DNA of 64,000 nucleotides from Promethearchaeota archaeon (GTDB lineage Archaea; Asgardarchaeota; Lokiarchaeia; Sigyniarchaeales; SOKP01): NCBI GenBank assembly GCA_016839765.1, contig JAEOTP010000034.1, positions 36,606 through 100,605 of the forward strand. The letters run 5' to 3'. Both the position numbers and the translations under genes were made by a program. Below are positions 19,233 to 29,919 of the stretch, one piece after another. The notes under the pieces were generated by a model. The model ran no database searches, was not told the origin of the DNA, and saw only the letters and a program-made list of their open reading frames with translations. Position 1 is the first letter of the stretch; each line of letters opens with the position of its first letter.

Positions 19233-19556
19233 GTGACAGATTTTAAAAATTCTGAAACCGTAGAAGAGATATGCAAAACACTTGATGGAAATAGATATTA
19301 TCATGATCTCTATTTGAAGGCTGTTAATCATCCAATCAGAAGAAAAATTCTTAAGATCATAAATAAATCGAATAATATTTCAAGAAGTAAATTATTTGAA
19401 TTATTATCAGAAAATCAAGTAATAAATGATATATCTGTTCTTGATTATAACATGGCTTTTTTAATAAAGGCATTATGTATTGAAAAAGAAGTAATAAATG
19501 AAGAAATATTTTATAGTATTACCCAATCTGGGAAAGTTATTGAATTTCTTAAATAA
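19233..19556 (+). CDS. ArsR-like winged-helix regulator
   Basis: AVNHPIRRKILKII...LDYNMAFL...YSITQSG. Confidence 0.7.
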   Translation: MTDFKNSETVEEICKTLDGNRYYHDLYLKAVNHPIRRKILKIINKSNNISRSKLFELLSENQVINDISVLDYNMAFLIKALCIEKEVINEEIFYSITQSGKVIEFLK

Positions 19557-19570
19557 AATGTTTTTGAACT

Positions 19571-20026
19571 CTAAAATTCTTTTAAATATTTTTTATAGCA
19601 ATTACAACAAGGAATTCCAAAATTTAAATTTAAATTACTAAGCTTAGAATCATTATAGTCAATGATACGGACAAGTATTTCTCTGATATTGTCCAATTTT
19701 TCATTGAAGTAGAATTTCTTTAAATTAGAATAGTGATTAGTCTTTTTACATATTGGACATATAGAGTAGTATTCAATAAAGTTAAAAAATAATTTTTTCT
19801 CTTGTTTATTTAAAGACTCTAACTTTAAATCTGGATTATTAATAATTATTTCTTTTAAATGATTTAATTCCTCAAGCATCTCATCCCGTAAAAGATTTGA
19901 GCGCCTTAGAGGGGACTTTATAGATTTTTTTGTTTTACTATAATCGAAATCATCTAAATATTCTAAAGCTTCATTGAAGAATATTAAATTGTTTTTTCTT
20001 ACTCTTTTAATTTTATCTTCAGTCAT
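19571..20026 (-). CDS. Hypothetical zinc-binding protein
   Basis: CPIC ... GIPCCNC. Confidence 0.55.
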   Translation of the reverse strand: MTEDKIKRVRKNNLIFFNEALEYLDDFDYSKTKKSIKSPLRRSNLLRDEMLEELNHLKEIIINNPDLKLESLNKQEKKLFFNFIEYYSICPICKKTNHYSNLKKFYFNEKLDNIREILVRIIDYNDSKLSNLNLNFGIPCCNCYKKYLKEF

Positions 20027-20142
20027 TCTATCAGATAATCACAAGTCAGTAGTTATTTTATATCTAAGGGATCTAGTATAATTTCATTTTAAAATTTATA
20101 TTATAACTAGCTTAACTTTTTTTCTTAAAAAAAGTGTTCATT

Positions 20143-21426
20143 TTAAATAAAATGAAAGCTTTTTTCCTTTCGAGAAAAAATATCTTCTTTTTTGGTATCC
20201 TTCAGTCTTCTGATATCCATTACTTTTGAGGACGCAAAATATTCAAAATCAAAATCTACTTCATCACCACTTTCCCTACCAGGGATCGGCATTAATCGCG
20301 CAGTTAAAGGTTTATCAAATTTAACTGAAATAGTAGAGAGATCTAGTAAAATATAAAATAATTCTTTTTGAGTAATATTTCCAGGTAAAGGAACACAGTC
20401 AAGACCTGTTCCACAGATTGTTGCATATAAGAGAAGAGTATCTAAATCAAATTTATTTTCTGAGAGACTCTGAGAAATAGCAAAGTCTTCTAAAACAGAG
20501 GGCATAAATCCAGAAAAGCCAATTACTTTCTCTTTTCTTGGAATTGCATTTTTAATTAATGCAACTCCAATTAATGAGCCATGAGCTCCAAAATATTCAT
20601 ATCCTAGTTTTTCAAAAGCAGTACCTATACTTTTTTCAATGGTTGGATAAGGTGCTGGAGAAAAATCAATTCCATGAAATTCAATATTATATTTTTTTGG
20701 TATTTCCTCACAAATTACTGTTAGATCATTGTAAATTTCATTGAACTTTCTTCTAAGATTCATTTGAGCTTCTTCTAATGTTTTGGAATTCTCAAAAACA
20801 GAAACTACTTCATCTGCCATTTCAAGAGCAAGGCCAAATGAGGGCCTTTCAGCTATGTGATATGCCGCAGGGAAGAAAGGAGTATCTGGAGTAACATTAG
20901 AACTTACACAAAATTTTAAATTGTTAAAAGGATCAGGTTCAGAGAGACTTTTTATAATTTTAGCAGCAGATCTTAAAGCAGATAAATTTATTCCGTGATC
21001 TCTTGACGCAACTTGTAATGAAGTAAAAAATTTTTCCTTTCGTTTAATAAATTGAGGAACTTCATTTAAAAAGAGCTTTTCATACACTCCATATTTTTGT
21101 ATTTGAATATCAGCGAGAACCGTACAAGCTGCAAAATAATCAATTTCATATTCTTTTATTAATCTCTCAATTATACTTAACTGATCATGAATTCGTGTTA
21201 ATGTCTCATTTAAATTTTTTTCATATACTTGTTGTTCATAAGATAAAATTGGTTGGGAGCATAAGCGCTTAGTTTGAACTTCAATATTTACATCGTTAAA
21301 TTTCTTCGTTAATTCACTATTTAGTGAGTAAAATGCTTCAAGTTTTCCTTCTAATATATTTTCTAAAACTTTATCTTCTGCTAAAAAAGGTATTTTTTGA
21401 CCAATTGTAATTGCTCGAATCTTCAT
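20143..21426 (-). CDS. DUF711 family protein (PFL/RNR-like barrel)
   Basis: MKIRAIT, TPFFPAAYH, GIDFSPAP, GFSGFM..VLED, ICGTGLDCVPLPG, KPLTARLMP. Confidence 0.85.
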   Translation of the reverse strand: MKIRAITIGQKIPFLAEDKVLENILEGKLEAFYSLNSELTKKFNDVNIEVQTKRLCSQPILSYEQQVYEKNLNETLTRIHDQLSIIERLIKEYEIDYFAACTVLADIQIQKYGVYEKLFLNEVPQFIKRKEKFFTSLQVASRDHGINLSALRSAAKIIKSLSEPDPFNNLKFCVSSNVTPDTPFFPAAYHIAERPSFGLALEMADEVVSVFENSKTLEEAQMNLRRKFNEIYNDLTVICEEIPKKYNIEFHGIDFSPAPYPTIEKSIGTAFEKLGYEYFGAHGSLIGVALIKNAIPRKEKVIGFSGFMPSVLEDFAISQSLSENKFDLDTLLLYATICGTGLDCVPLPGNITQKELFYILLDLSTISVKFDKPLTARLMPIPGRESGDEVDFDFEYFASSKVMDIRRLKDTKKEDIFSRKEKSFHFI

Positions 21427-21591
21427 TTTGTATTAATTTAACAAAATATAATTATTTATTTTTAACTGATGTAATTATAAAGAACACTATTTAATAAGAT
21501 TTATAGGATTAATTATTAAATATTATAAAACTAATTGTAAAAGTTTTTTATTCAAAAGAATGATGTTATCCAGATTTTAAACTAAATAAAT

Positions 21592-23991
21592 TTATAGCTC
21601 GTCCAATTTAGCTTTTTCTTTAATTAATTCCTCTTTCATCCTAGGTTTCGTAAATTCTCCAGGTTTTATTGGCCCTAATTCTTCTAATTCCTTTTTAAAA
21701 TCTGTTATGACACGAGCAAATTTTTCACCCTCGCCAGCAGATATACTTGTGATTTTAACACGTTTTTCATGAATACCAGTTTGACCCAACATCTCTTTGA
21801 TACTGCCATATCGAGTTTTTGTTTTAAGAAAACCAGTATCATAATGACAATCTTGCTCGTAACATCCAGCAATTAACACTCCATCAGCACCCAAAAAGAA
21901 TCCTTCAAAAATTAAAGCAGGATCTAACATTGCAGTACACATGACATGAATTACACGTATATTTGAAGGGTATATTATTTTACTTGTTCCGGCGAGATCT
22001 GCCCCAATATAGGAACACCAATTACATAAAAAGGCTAATATTAAAGGATAATCACTTTTTTCTTTACTTAAAACCGTCCTTATCTGGGTAGATATCTGGC
22101 TTTTCTTAAATCCTGGAATATAGAGAGCATCACTATGACACATTGCTGCACATGCACCACAACCTGAACAATTAGCTTGAGTAAGTTTTAATTCGTTTCC
22201 TTCTATTTTTATAGCATTGTAAACACAAATCTGTTCGCATAATCTGCATAAATCGCAATTTTCAACATTAAAATAGACTATATGAGGATCGAGTTCCACA
22301 TTACCTTTAGAAATTAAGGCAATTGCTTTTGCAGCAGCGCTTTCTGCTTGTGCTATACTGTTTGGAATATCTTTTGGACCTTGAATTGCACCAGCTAAAA
22401 AGATTCCATTTACCGATGTTTCAGACGGTTTAATTTTTAAATGTTTCTCAAGTAAAAAGCCATATGAATCCTGTGAAATGTTTAAAATCTTACTTAATTT
22501 ATCAGTTCCGTCTGCAGGTTCCATTCCTACTGCTAAAACAACTAAATCGGTTTCATTTTCGAATAGCTTTCCTTCAATTACATCTTCACCTCGTATCAGC
22601 AACTTACCTTCTTCTGAGAGATCGCCTTTTAAGATAGCAGATATACTACTCTTTATAAATCTAATTCCAAATTCTTCACGAGCTCTATTGTAAAATTCTT
22701 CACAGTTTTTTCCTACAGCTCTTATATCATTATAATAAATAGAGACTTTGATCTCTGGGTGTTCTTTTTTCAATAAAATTGCTTCCTTTATAGCTAGATT
22801 ACAACAAACTTGGCTACAATAATCATGATGGATAACTTGATTTCGAGATCCAACACATAATACAAATGATACCTTACTTGGAAATTTTCCATTTGATGGT
22901 CTAACAACTCTGCCTCGTGTGGGACCATCATTATTAAGTAAACGTTCCATTTGCATCGTCGTAATCACATCCGCATATTTATCATAATTAAGTTCTCCAA
23001 GTAGATTAGGGTTAAATGTTTTAAATCCTGTTGCTACGATAATGGATCCAACTTTAATTGTTAATTCCTCTTCTTTTTGGTCAAAATCAATAGCATCTCT
23101 ATCACATGCTTGAGCACATGCTTTACATCCGATACAATATTCTTCCATAATATTTGGATAGAGCGGAATTGCTTGTGGATATGAAATATCAATAGCTTTT
23201 CTTGGGAAAAATGTATCCTCTACATCGATTGGGCAAACATCCCTACAAATATTAAAACAACCTACACAATTTTCCTCAACAATGAATCGAGGCTTTTTGG
23301 TGATGGTCACATCAAAATTTCCTACATAACCTTCCACATTCTTTATTTCAGAATAAGTATAAAGCTCTATATTGGGATGATCATTTACCTCACTCATTAA
23401 AGGTCCTAAAATACAAATACTACAATCTAAAGTTGGAAAAGTTTTATCAAAAAGAGCCATATGACCACCTATAGTTAAATCTCTCTCCACTAGATATACT
23501 TTATATCCGGCTTCTGCAATAACTAAGGCTGCTTTTATTCCTGCGATACCGCCTCCAATTATTAAAGTAGAAGGTGTAATCCTCGAATATTGAACTTCTA
23601 ATGGCTCTAAAAGCTTGACTTGCTCAATTGCCATGTGTATTTGATCAATTGCTTTTCTAGTTGCTTTTTCGGGCTCATTGCTATGTACCCACGAATTTTG
23701 CTCTCGAATATTAGCAAACGAAATAAGAAATCGATTTATACCGGCCTTTTCAATTGTTTTTCTGAATAATAATCCATGCAATTTAAATGAACAAGCGGCA
23801 ATTACAATACGATCAATCTTATTCTCCTTTATTTTTTCAATAATCTTGTTTAAGCCTACCTCAGAACATAAATATTGATCCCCAATCACATATACATCTG
23901 GAAATTTACTGAAATGGTCAATTAACTTGTTATTATCAATAACTCCACTAATATTTTTTCCACAATCACATATATATAATCCAATTTTCAA
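21592..23991 (-). CDS. hdrA: Heterodisulfide reductase subunit A fused to C-terminal MvhD
   Basis: YICDCG, AACS, ANIREQ, GGGIAG, KTFPTLDCSICI, CVGSR, CSQVCC, GPKDI; ferredoxin motifs; C-term FLCNWCSYIGADLAG...VMC..GC..DCHY. Confidence 0.93.
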   Translation of the reverse strand: MKIGLYICDCGKNISGVIDNNKLIDHFSKFPDVYVIGDQYLCSEVGLNKIIEKIKENKIDRIVIAACSFKLHGLLFRKTIEKAGINRFLISFANIREQNSWVHSNEPEKATRKAIDQIHMAIEQVKLLEPLEVQYSRITPSTLIIGGGIAGIKAALVIAEAGYKVYLVERDLTIGGHMALFDKTFPTLDCSICILGPLMSEVNDHPNIELYTYSEIKNVEGYVGNFDVTITKKPRFIVEENCVGCFNICRDVCPIDVEDTFFPRKAIDISYPQAIPLYPNIMEEYCIGCKACAQACDRDAIDFDQKEEELTIKVGSIIVATGFKTFNPNLLGELNYDKYADVITTMQMERLLNNDGPTRGRVVRPSNGKFPSKVSFVLCVGSRNQVIHHDYCSQVCCNLAIKEAILLKKEHPEIKVSIYYNDIRAVGKNCEEFYNRAREEFGIRFIKSSISAILKGDLSEEGKLLIRGEDVIEGKLFENETDLVVLAVGMEPADGTDKLSKILNISQDSYGFLLEKHLKIKPSETSVNGIFLAGAIQGPKDIPNSIAQAESAAAKAIALISKGNVELDPHIVYFNVENCDLCRLCEQICVYNAIKIEGNELKLTQANCSGCGACAAMCHSDALYIPGFKKSQISTQIRTVLSKEKSDYPLILAFLCNWCSYIGADLAGTSKIIYPSNIRVIHVMCTAMLDPALIFEGFFLGADGVLIAGCYEQDCHYDTGFLKTKTRYGSIKEMLGQTGIHEKRVKITSISAGEGEKFARVITDFKKELEELGPIKPGEFTKPRMKEELIKEKAKLDEL

Positions 23992-24136
23992 TTTAGAACC
24001 ACTTAATACCGATGAATTTACGCAAGCTTATGAGTAATATAAAAATGAGTATCTATTAATTATTGCTAATTAGTAATGTAAGATAATTTTAACTTTTCCC
24101 AAATATAAAGAAATTTTAGAGACTGCTTATTATTTA

Positions 24137-24745
24137 TTAAGATAGTTTTTTAGCATTTTCAACCATTTCTTTAGGGAGAAAAGGATAAACCTTTATTATA
24201 TCAAAATTATGTTTTTTCAGTTCTAAGAAATATTCCTTTTCTATTTTATATTCTTTTCTTGCCCATTCTAAGATTTCGCTTCTCGTATAAAATCTCCCTT
24301 TTAATAACCGTAATCCTGGGCACTTTTTTGAATAGTTAGTCAAGTTCTTTTTGTTAGTAACCATCATTTTCCAAAATGGGAAACATCTGCATTGAAAAGG
24401 TCGCGCTTCATGAACGGTACATATATTATCGATTAAAAAATGACAATGCTCATCATCTCCCGTAAATTTAAATCCCAAAGTGTTAAATTTATACGTTTTC
24501 CCTCTTGTTTCTTCTGGACTTTTCCAAAACAAAGTATCTTTAATCACTTTTAGATACTGTTTTGCAAATGATCTCAGTCCATTTTCTCCCTTTAAACGAA
24601 GATGATTTGCTAATCTTACTATATCCTCTTTATAAAGATAAACCTCGCCTTCTTTAAACCCTCTACAACAATCTCCGCACATTTGACAAGAGAACTCAAT
24701 ACCATTTTCTAGAAACTTTGATAACTTTATCTCTGCGGATGTCAA
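24137..24745 (-). CDS. YkgJ/CxxCxxCC cysteine-cluster protein
   Basis: CQMCGDCC...CHFL..NICTVHEARPFQCRCFPFW...CPG. Confidence 0.85.
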   Translation of the reverse strand: MTSAEIKLSKFLENGIEFSCQMCGDCCRGFKEGEVYLYKEDIVRLANHLRLKGENGLRSFAKQYLKVIKDTLFWKSPEETRGKTYKFNTLGFKFTGDDEHCHFLIDNICTVHEARPFQCRCFPFWKMMVTNKKNLTNYSKKCPGLRLLKGRFYTRSEILEWARKEYKIEKEYFLELKKHNFDIIKVYPFLPKEMVENAKKLS

Positions 24746-24858
24746 AGTAAACTTAATTCATATAAAAATTAATTCTAATTAATACATAAATATAGGAAAA
24801 ATAAATTTAAAATTAAATATTAATTCATTGATTATTTACACAATAAGGAGTTAAGCTA

Positions 24859-27108
24859 TTGGTTAAAACACTTATTTTAAATAAAAAGAATAAATTAATT
24901 CTTGAAGAAATAGAAAGCGAGTTAAATAAATTTGAAGATCTACTAGAAAGCAAGAATAGCCAGCAAAAAATACATTATAGTAAATGGTATAATTATTTTG
25001 TTAAAATATATGGAAGCAAATATACAAATCTGCGTTTATATATATTATTTGCTTTACTTTATTTCTTAGGGTATCTATTTATCCTAAAATTTATCTTGAA
25101 ATGCAATATTTTTTCTCATTTTAAAAGATTTACTATTGAAAAATTTGATAATTTAAAAGATAAGATTAAGAACGAATATAACGAAAAATTATTTCTTTTT
25201 GATGATTATTTCAGTCCTTTTTTTGAAATGCTTGAAGATATGAATCAAGATTCATATACAAAATTCATGAATATTATAGACAAAGAGATTTTTGGATTGT
25301 CGATACCTAAGGATGACTTTTTTAATTTTTTTATACAAAACTTTTTCTCGAATCTAATTAGGCATAAATCGGGTGAGTTTTATACTCCAAAATTTCTAGC
25401 CAAAAAAATGGTTGATGAAAGCTATGAATTTGGAGAAAAAGTACTTGATCCTAGTTGTGGTTCAGCCAATTTTCTAGTTGAAATTCTTAAAATTATAATT
25501 TCTTCCAATAAATCAGAAGAAGAGAAAATAGCAGCAATAAATAACCTTAACGGTTATGATATCAACCCAATTTCAATTTTTATAGCTAAGATTAACTTTT
25601 TTTTGTTGTTGAAGGAAAAAGTTTCAAAGATTAAATTCAATCTTTTTATAACAGATGCATTATTCCCATCAGAAATTAGGCCAAAGGAAAGGTTTGATTT
25701 AGTAATTGGTAATCCTCCTTGGTATACATTAAGAGATATAGAATCAATTGAATTACAGCATCAAATAAAACAATTAGCAGAAAAATTAAAAATCAAACCA
25801 CGACCAAAAAATGTTTTGAATATCGAAATCGCATCCCTTTTCTTTTATAAAGCAAAATGCGCGTATATGAAGGAGAATGGTAAGATTTTTTTTGTAATAA
25901 CGAAAGGAATTATGAACGGGTCTCACGCATCTCGTTTCCGTAGTTTTGAAGGTTTTTTTAATATAAAAATTTGGCAATTTAAACCCAATATAGAAAAAAT
26001 ATTTAATATAGATTTTATATGTTTATATGCTAAGAAATCAGACTCTTATCACCTACATAAAACATTTGAAATTCCAGTATACTATTATAATATAGCAGAA
26101 AATCAAACAAATCCTAATTGTTTTGAAGATTGCGATTTAAATATGGAAAAGAAAGAAATTTTTATTCCTTATCACGTTGAAAAAAGAAATGCTAAAACCT
26201 ATATTCATAAATTAGTGTCAAAAGAAGAATATCAAAACCTGTTATTTTTCAAACAAAGTGAATATAAAAAACTATTTCATAAAGGGGCAGATTTAAATCC
26301 TAGAAATTTAATCTTTATCAATTACGAAAGGTTTAATAACTCTTTAGTTAAAATTAATCCTGACGAGAGAATCTTTAAAAGAGCAAAAACACCTTGGAGT
26401 AAAATAGAGTTTAACAATGAAATTATTGAAAAACAATATATTTTTAAAGTTATTAAAAGTACTGAACTTGTTAAATTCTTTGTCTATAATTTTTATGATG
26501 TTTTTCTACCACTTTCAAAGGAAGATTTAAACTTTAATTATTCCAGATTACCAAAATACGCTAAAAATTTTTATGATAAAATTAATCGTATTTACTTAAG
26601 ACATAAAAAAGAGACTACTAAAAATAAATCATTAATGGATAATTTAAATCGTTGGTCAAAACTCATTAATCCGCGCCAAAGTGCTAAAATAAAAGTTGTA
26701 TATAATAATTCTGGTTCAATTCTAAATTCTGCGGTGATTCTAGGAGATTATTTAATAACAGGAGATTTAAGTTTTTATAATGCAAAAAGTTTAGAAGAAG
26801 CCTATTATCTATCAGCGATTTTAAATTCACCTCTAATAAATAAACAAATTCGGATTAAAAAGAGTTCAAGGCATATATTCAAAATTCCATTTGAAAATCC
26901 AGTTAAAATATTTAATCCAGAAGATGAAAATCATAAATTATTAGCAGATTTAGGTAAGAAAGGGCAAACTATTTCAAAATCAATCTATGAGACTCTGATT
27001 AAAAGGGAGAAACGGATTCCTTCTAAATTAAAGATTCAAAAAAGTATTGATAAAGAATTGAGACCTTTATTAAATCAAATTGATAAATTAGTAATAAAAG
27101 AATTTTAA
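24859..27108 (+). CDS. N6-adenine DNA methyltransferase (gamma class) with C-terminal target-recognition region
   Basis: GEFYTP, VLDPSCGSANF (motif I), GYDINP, VIGNPPW (motif IV), YYLSAILNS. Confidence 0.85.
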   Translation: MVKTLILNKKNKLILEEIESELNKFEDLLESKNSQQKIHYSKWYNYFVKIYGSKYTNLRLYILFALLYFLGYLFILKFILKCNIFSHFKRFTIEKFDNLKDKIKNEYNEKLFLFDDYFSPFFEMLEDMNQDSYTKFMNIIDKEIFGLSIPKDDFFNFFIQNFFSNLIRHKSGEFYTPKFLAKKMVDESYEFGEKVLDPSCGSANFLVEILKIIISSNKSEEEKIAAINNLNGYDINPISIFIAKINFFLLLKEKVSKIKFNLFITDALFPSEIRPKERFDLVIGNPPWYTLRDIESIELQHQIKQLAEKLKIKPRPKNVLNIEIASLFFYKAKCAYMKENGKIFFVITKGIMNGSHASRFRSFEGFFNIKIWQFKPNIEKIFNIDFICLYAKKSDSYHLHKTFEIPVYYYNIAENQTNPNCFEDCDLNMEKKEIFIPYHVEKRNAKTYIHKLVSKEEYQNLLFFKQSEYKKLFHKGADLNPRNLIFINYERFNNSLVKINPDERIFKRAKTPWSKIEFNNEIIEKQYIFKVIKSTELVKFFVYNFYDVFLPLSKEDLNFNYSRLPKYAKNFYDKINRIYLRHKKETTKNKSLMDNLNRWSKLINPRQSAKIKVVYNNSGSILNSAVILGDYLITGDLSFYNAKSLEEAYYLSAILNSPLINKQIRIKKSSRHIFKIPFENPVKIFNPEDENHKLLADLGKKGQTISKSIYETLIKREKRIPSKLKIQKSIDKELRPLLNQIDKLVIKEF

Positions 27109-27218
27109 TATCAAAATAATAGGGAAATATTATATTAAAATATAAAATTGTTAATTTTCTTGTGTTATATTAAGAAAACTTAATTTACATATGATTTATA
27201 ATAAAGTAAATTCCCATA

Positions 27219-27743
27219 ATGATAATTAGAAACTTTGTTTTTAAGCTCCTTGTAGCTGGAAATGGCGGCGTGGGTAAAACAACCTTGCTAAGGAGATATG
27301 TAGATGGCATCTTCGACGAATCTACAATTACAACTATCGGAGTTGATTTCTTCTTAAAAGAAATGTCATTGGAAGAAGGAAATTGCTCCTTACAATTATG
27401 GGATTTGGGAGGACAAGAGCGTTTTAGACACCTGCTTTCAAACTTCATTATGGGAGCGCGAGGAGCTCTTCTCTTATTTGATTTAACCAAAATGCCTCAA
27501 ATGCTTCATATATTAAATTGGGTAAACATGGTAAGGTTGCATGATTTAGATCTACCAATTATTCTTGTCGGTACAAAATTAGATCTTGAGGATGTTATAG
27601 CTGTTGATGACGAAACGGCTTTAGATATAAAAAATACCTTTAATATGCTTGAATTTATAAAAACATCTTCAAAAACAGGTTATAATGTAAATCATGTATT
27701 TGAATGTATTGCAAAAGAACTGATGTTAAAAAGAAAATATTAG
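27219..27743 (+). CDS. Rab-like small GTPase
   Basis: GNGGVGKT, TIGVDF, WDLGGQERF, GTKLD, TSSKTG. Confidence 0.92.
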   Translation: MIIRNFVFKLLVAGNGGVGKTTLLRRYVDGIFDESTITTIGVDFFLKEMSLEEGNCSLQLWDLGGQERFRHLLSNFIMGARGALLLFDLTKMPQMLHILNWVNMVRLHDLDLPIILVGTKLDLEDVIAVDDETALDIKNTFNMLEFIKTSSKTGYNVNHVFECIAKELMLKRKY

Positions 27744-27793
27744 ATTATATGATTAATTACTTCCCATAATTACCTTACTTCTATAACATAATA

Positions 27794-28606
27794 ATGGAAG
27801 ATCAATTAGTAATCCTTGGTTCTGGCGGAGGTAGGCATCATATTAGAACGCAATATAGGGCTACAGGAGGAATTTTATATAAGTTTAATAGAATTCAGGC
27901 TCATATTGATCCTGGTCCTGGAGCTATTATACGTATTAGCCAATATGGTGAAGATCCGCTAAAAACAGAACTATTTATCGCAACACATGCGCATGTTGAT
28001 CACTATAATGATTTAAGTGCATTAATTGAAAGTTCGAGAGAAGTATTACATGATAAACAATATAATTATTTCAAAAAAGGTACTTTGATCACCACAAATG
28101 ATGTATTACGATACATCTCAAGTTATCACTTAAATATGCTTGAAAGAATAATTCCTTTCAAAGCTGGAGATAGATTACTTTATAAAAATAGTGAGATAAT
28201 CGGGACAAAAACCATTCATTCTCCTAATATGGAGGGATTTGGTGTCCGTTTTAATCTTAAAGATTATTCTATAGCTTTTACAAGCGATACTAGGGTATTT
28301 GAGGGATTTTCAGATCAATTTAATCAAGTTAATATTATGATTCTTAACCTCTTAAGACCGGATTCTATTAAATGTAAACGCCATCTGTGTACGGATGAAG
28401 TTATTCCTTTTCTTAATAAAATAGAGCCAAATCTTAATTGTTTAATCATTACGCATTTTGGAGCTTATATGGATTCGCCAATATCACCTAAAAACTTTGT
28501 TTCAAGCCAAGTAGAAAAAATAAGGAAAAAAACGAATATTAAAAATGTTATTGCTGCTAAAGATGGTTTAAAAATTAACATTGAGAATTTATTGGAAAAT
28601 AATTGA
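27794..28606 (+). CDS. Metallo-beta-lactamase fold hydrolase
   Basis: IDPGPG, THAHVDH, TSDT, HL, THFG. Confidence 0.85.
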   Translation: MEDQLVILGSGGGRHHIRTQYRATGGILYKFNRIQAHIDPGPGAIIRISQYGEDPLKTELFIATHAHVDHYNDLSALIESSREVLHDKQYNYFKKGTLITTNDVLRYISSYHLNMLERIIPFKAGDRLLYKNSEIIGTKTIHSPNMEGFGVRFNLKDYSIAFTSDTRVFEGFSDQFNQVNIMILNLLRPDSIKCKRHLCTDEVIPFLNKIEPNLNCLIITHFGAYMDSPISPKNFVSSQVEKIRKKTNIKNVIAAKDGLKINIENLLENN

Positions 28607-29311
28607 ACGAATAATTCATTACTTATTTTTTGTTAAACCAAATTAATTAGTGTAAATCAAGTTTTGACATAGTATTCAACTCCTTGATTACTTTTTGAAA
28701 TAACAAAAACTTTTTCATAAAAATTTTGTAATCTTTATTATATTATTAATGGTAGCTAAAAAGATTAAATTATATTATTTGTTGTAAATTTGGGATGTTA
28801 TTGTATTCAAAACATTCTAAAAAATATATTAAATGGGAGTAACTTCCCGTAAAATATTTTTAATTCCTCATATAAATTATTTGAAAACAAAATGTTGTGG
28901 AGTAATAAAATTTTATAGATAGATTTAGGGAAAGATGCCTTTTGTTCATGATATTTAGATTCCAATATTTCATAATACATGACTTTTTAAAGATGAAATT
29001 ATAATAGTTATTGGGAAGGGAAATATGATACGATAATTTGAGCTAACATTGGATTTCGCCCTCTATTAAACTCTTTGAGTTTAATTCTCTCCCTGATTTT
29101 TCTATTTTGCTCGAATGCTCGTTCCCTTCTTTCTTTCTTATTTTAACTAACATAGCTGTAATTATTTATGAATTTAGTTTATTAAATTAATGAATTATAA
29201 TAATTACAAAATAAGAAGTGATTAATTGAAATTTCTTTTAAAATTTTAACCAAAATTTCTAACTAAATTTAACATATTAAGGTGTTATTTTCTATTGAAA
29301 GTTAGTAGAAT

Positions 29312-29467
29312 TTAATTTGATTTCCTCCAATGCTTACAGACAATACATTGTAAAATTTTTTCTAATTCAGTGCCTCTAGGATTAGCGGCTCTTCTGATAA
29401 TTTTCATTATCATAACATTTCCACATTTTTCACAAAGACGCAATCCTTTTCCCTTTAATTTTTGCAT
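29312..29467 (-). CDS. 51-aa zinc-ribbon protein (not in ORF track)
   Basis: Hand translation MQKLKGKGLRLCEKCGNVMIMKIIRRAANPRGTELEKILQCIVCKHWRKSN; two CxxC knuckles. Confidence 0.7.
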   Translation of the reverse strand: MQKLKGKGLRLCEKCGNVMIMKIIRRAANPRGTELEKILQCIVCKHWRKSN

Positions 29468-29756
29468 TGGTATTAATAATATCCAAAATTAATTTACATT
29501 AAAAATCTGACCAAATTATTGATTCATTCTTATACGTAAATGTGCTGATAAAAATTAACACATTTTTGTTGTCTTATAAATAGGGTAAACATTAATAAAT
29601 TTAAGTCATAAAAAATATATCGCCATTTGTGAGATTACAAACATAGAGATTTTTTAGCTCAATCAATCGAATAATTATAATTAAAAGCCCAAATATTTAT
29701 AAATTCTCAATATCAAATTTTCAAGTACAAATAATAAATGAAATAGTGAAAAAATA

Positions 29757-29909
29757 ATGTCCTGTCATGATTTAAAAGAGGGAGATACTCTAGTATGTGA
29801 AGATTGTGGACTTGAATTAAAAGTGTCCAAAGCATGCAATTGTTCCGAGGAAAGTGCTTGTACTGAAGGTGGTTTTGATTGCTGCGGAATGGCAATGAAA
29901 AAGAAGTAG
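29757..29909 (+). CDS. 50-aa Cys-rich desulforedoxin-like/metallothionein-like protein (not in ORF track)
   Basis: Hand translation MSCHDLKEGDTLVCEDCGLELKVSKACNCSEESACTEGGFDCCGMAMKKK; CxxCG...CCG frame. Confidence 0.8.
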   Translation: MSCHDLKEGDTLVCEDCGLELKVSKACNCSEESACTEGGFDCCGMAMKKK

Positions 29910-29919
29910 AAATATAATA

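Noticed and set aside
21592-23991. Possible selenocysteine recoding in HdrA/MvhD
   Set aside because: The ORF is continuous with Cys at the ligand positions; no in-frame TGA to recode
29005-29155. Minus-strand basic peptide-like frames (NKKERRERAFEQNRKIRERIKLKEF...; MLVKIRKKEG...)
   Set aside because: One lacks a start codon, the other is 36 aa without motifs; cannot be distinguished from chance or a remnant
29713-29895. 60-aa minus-strand ORF in the track
   Set aside because: Antisense shadow of the Cys-rich plus-strand gene 29757..29909
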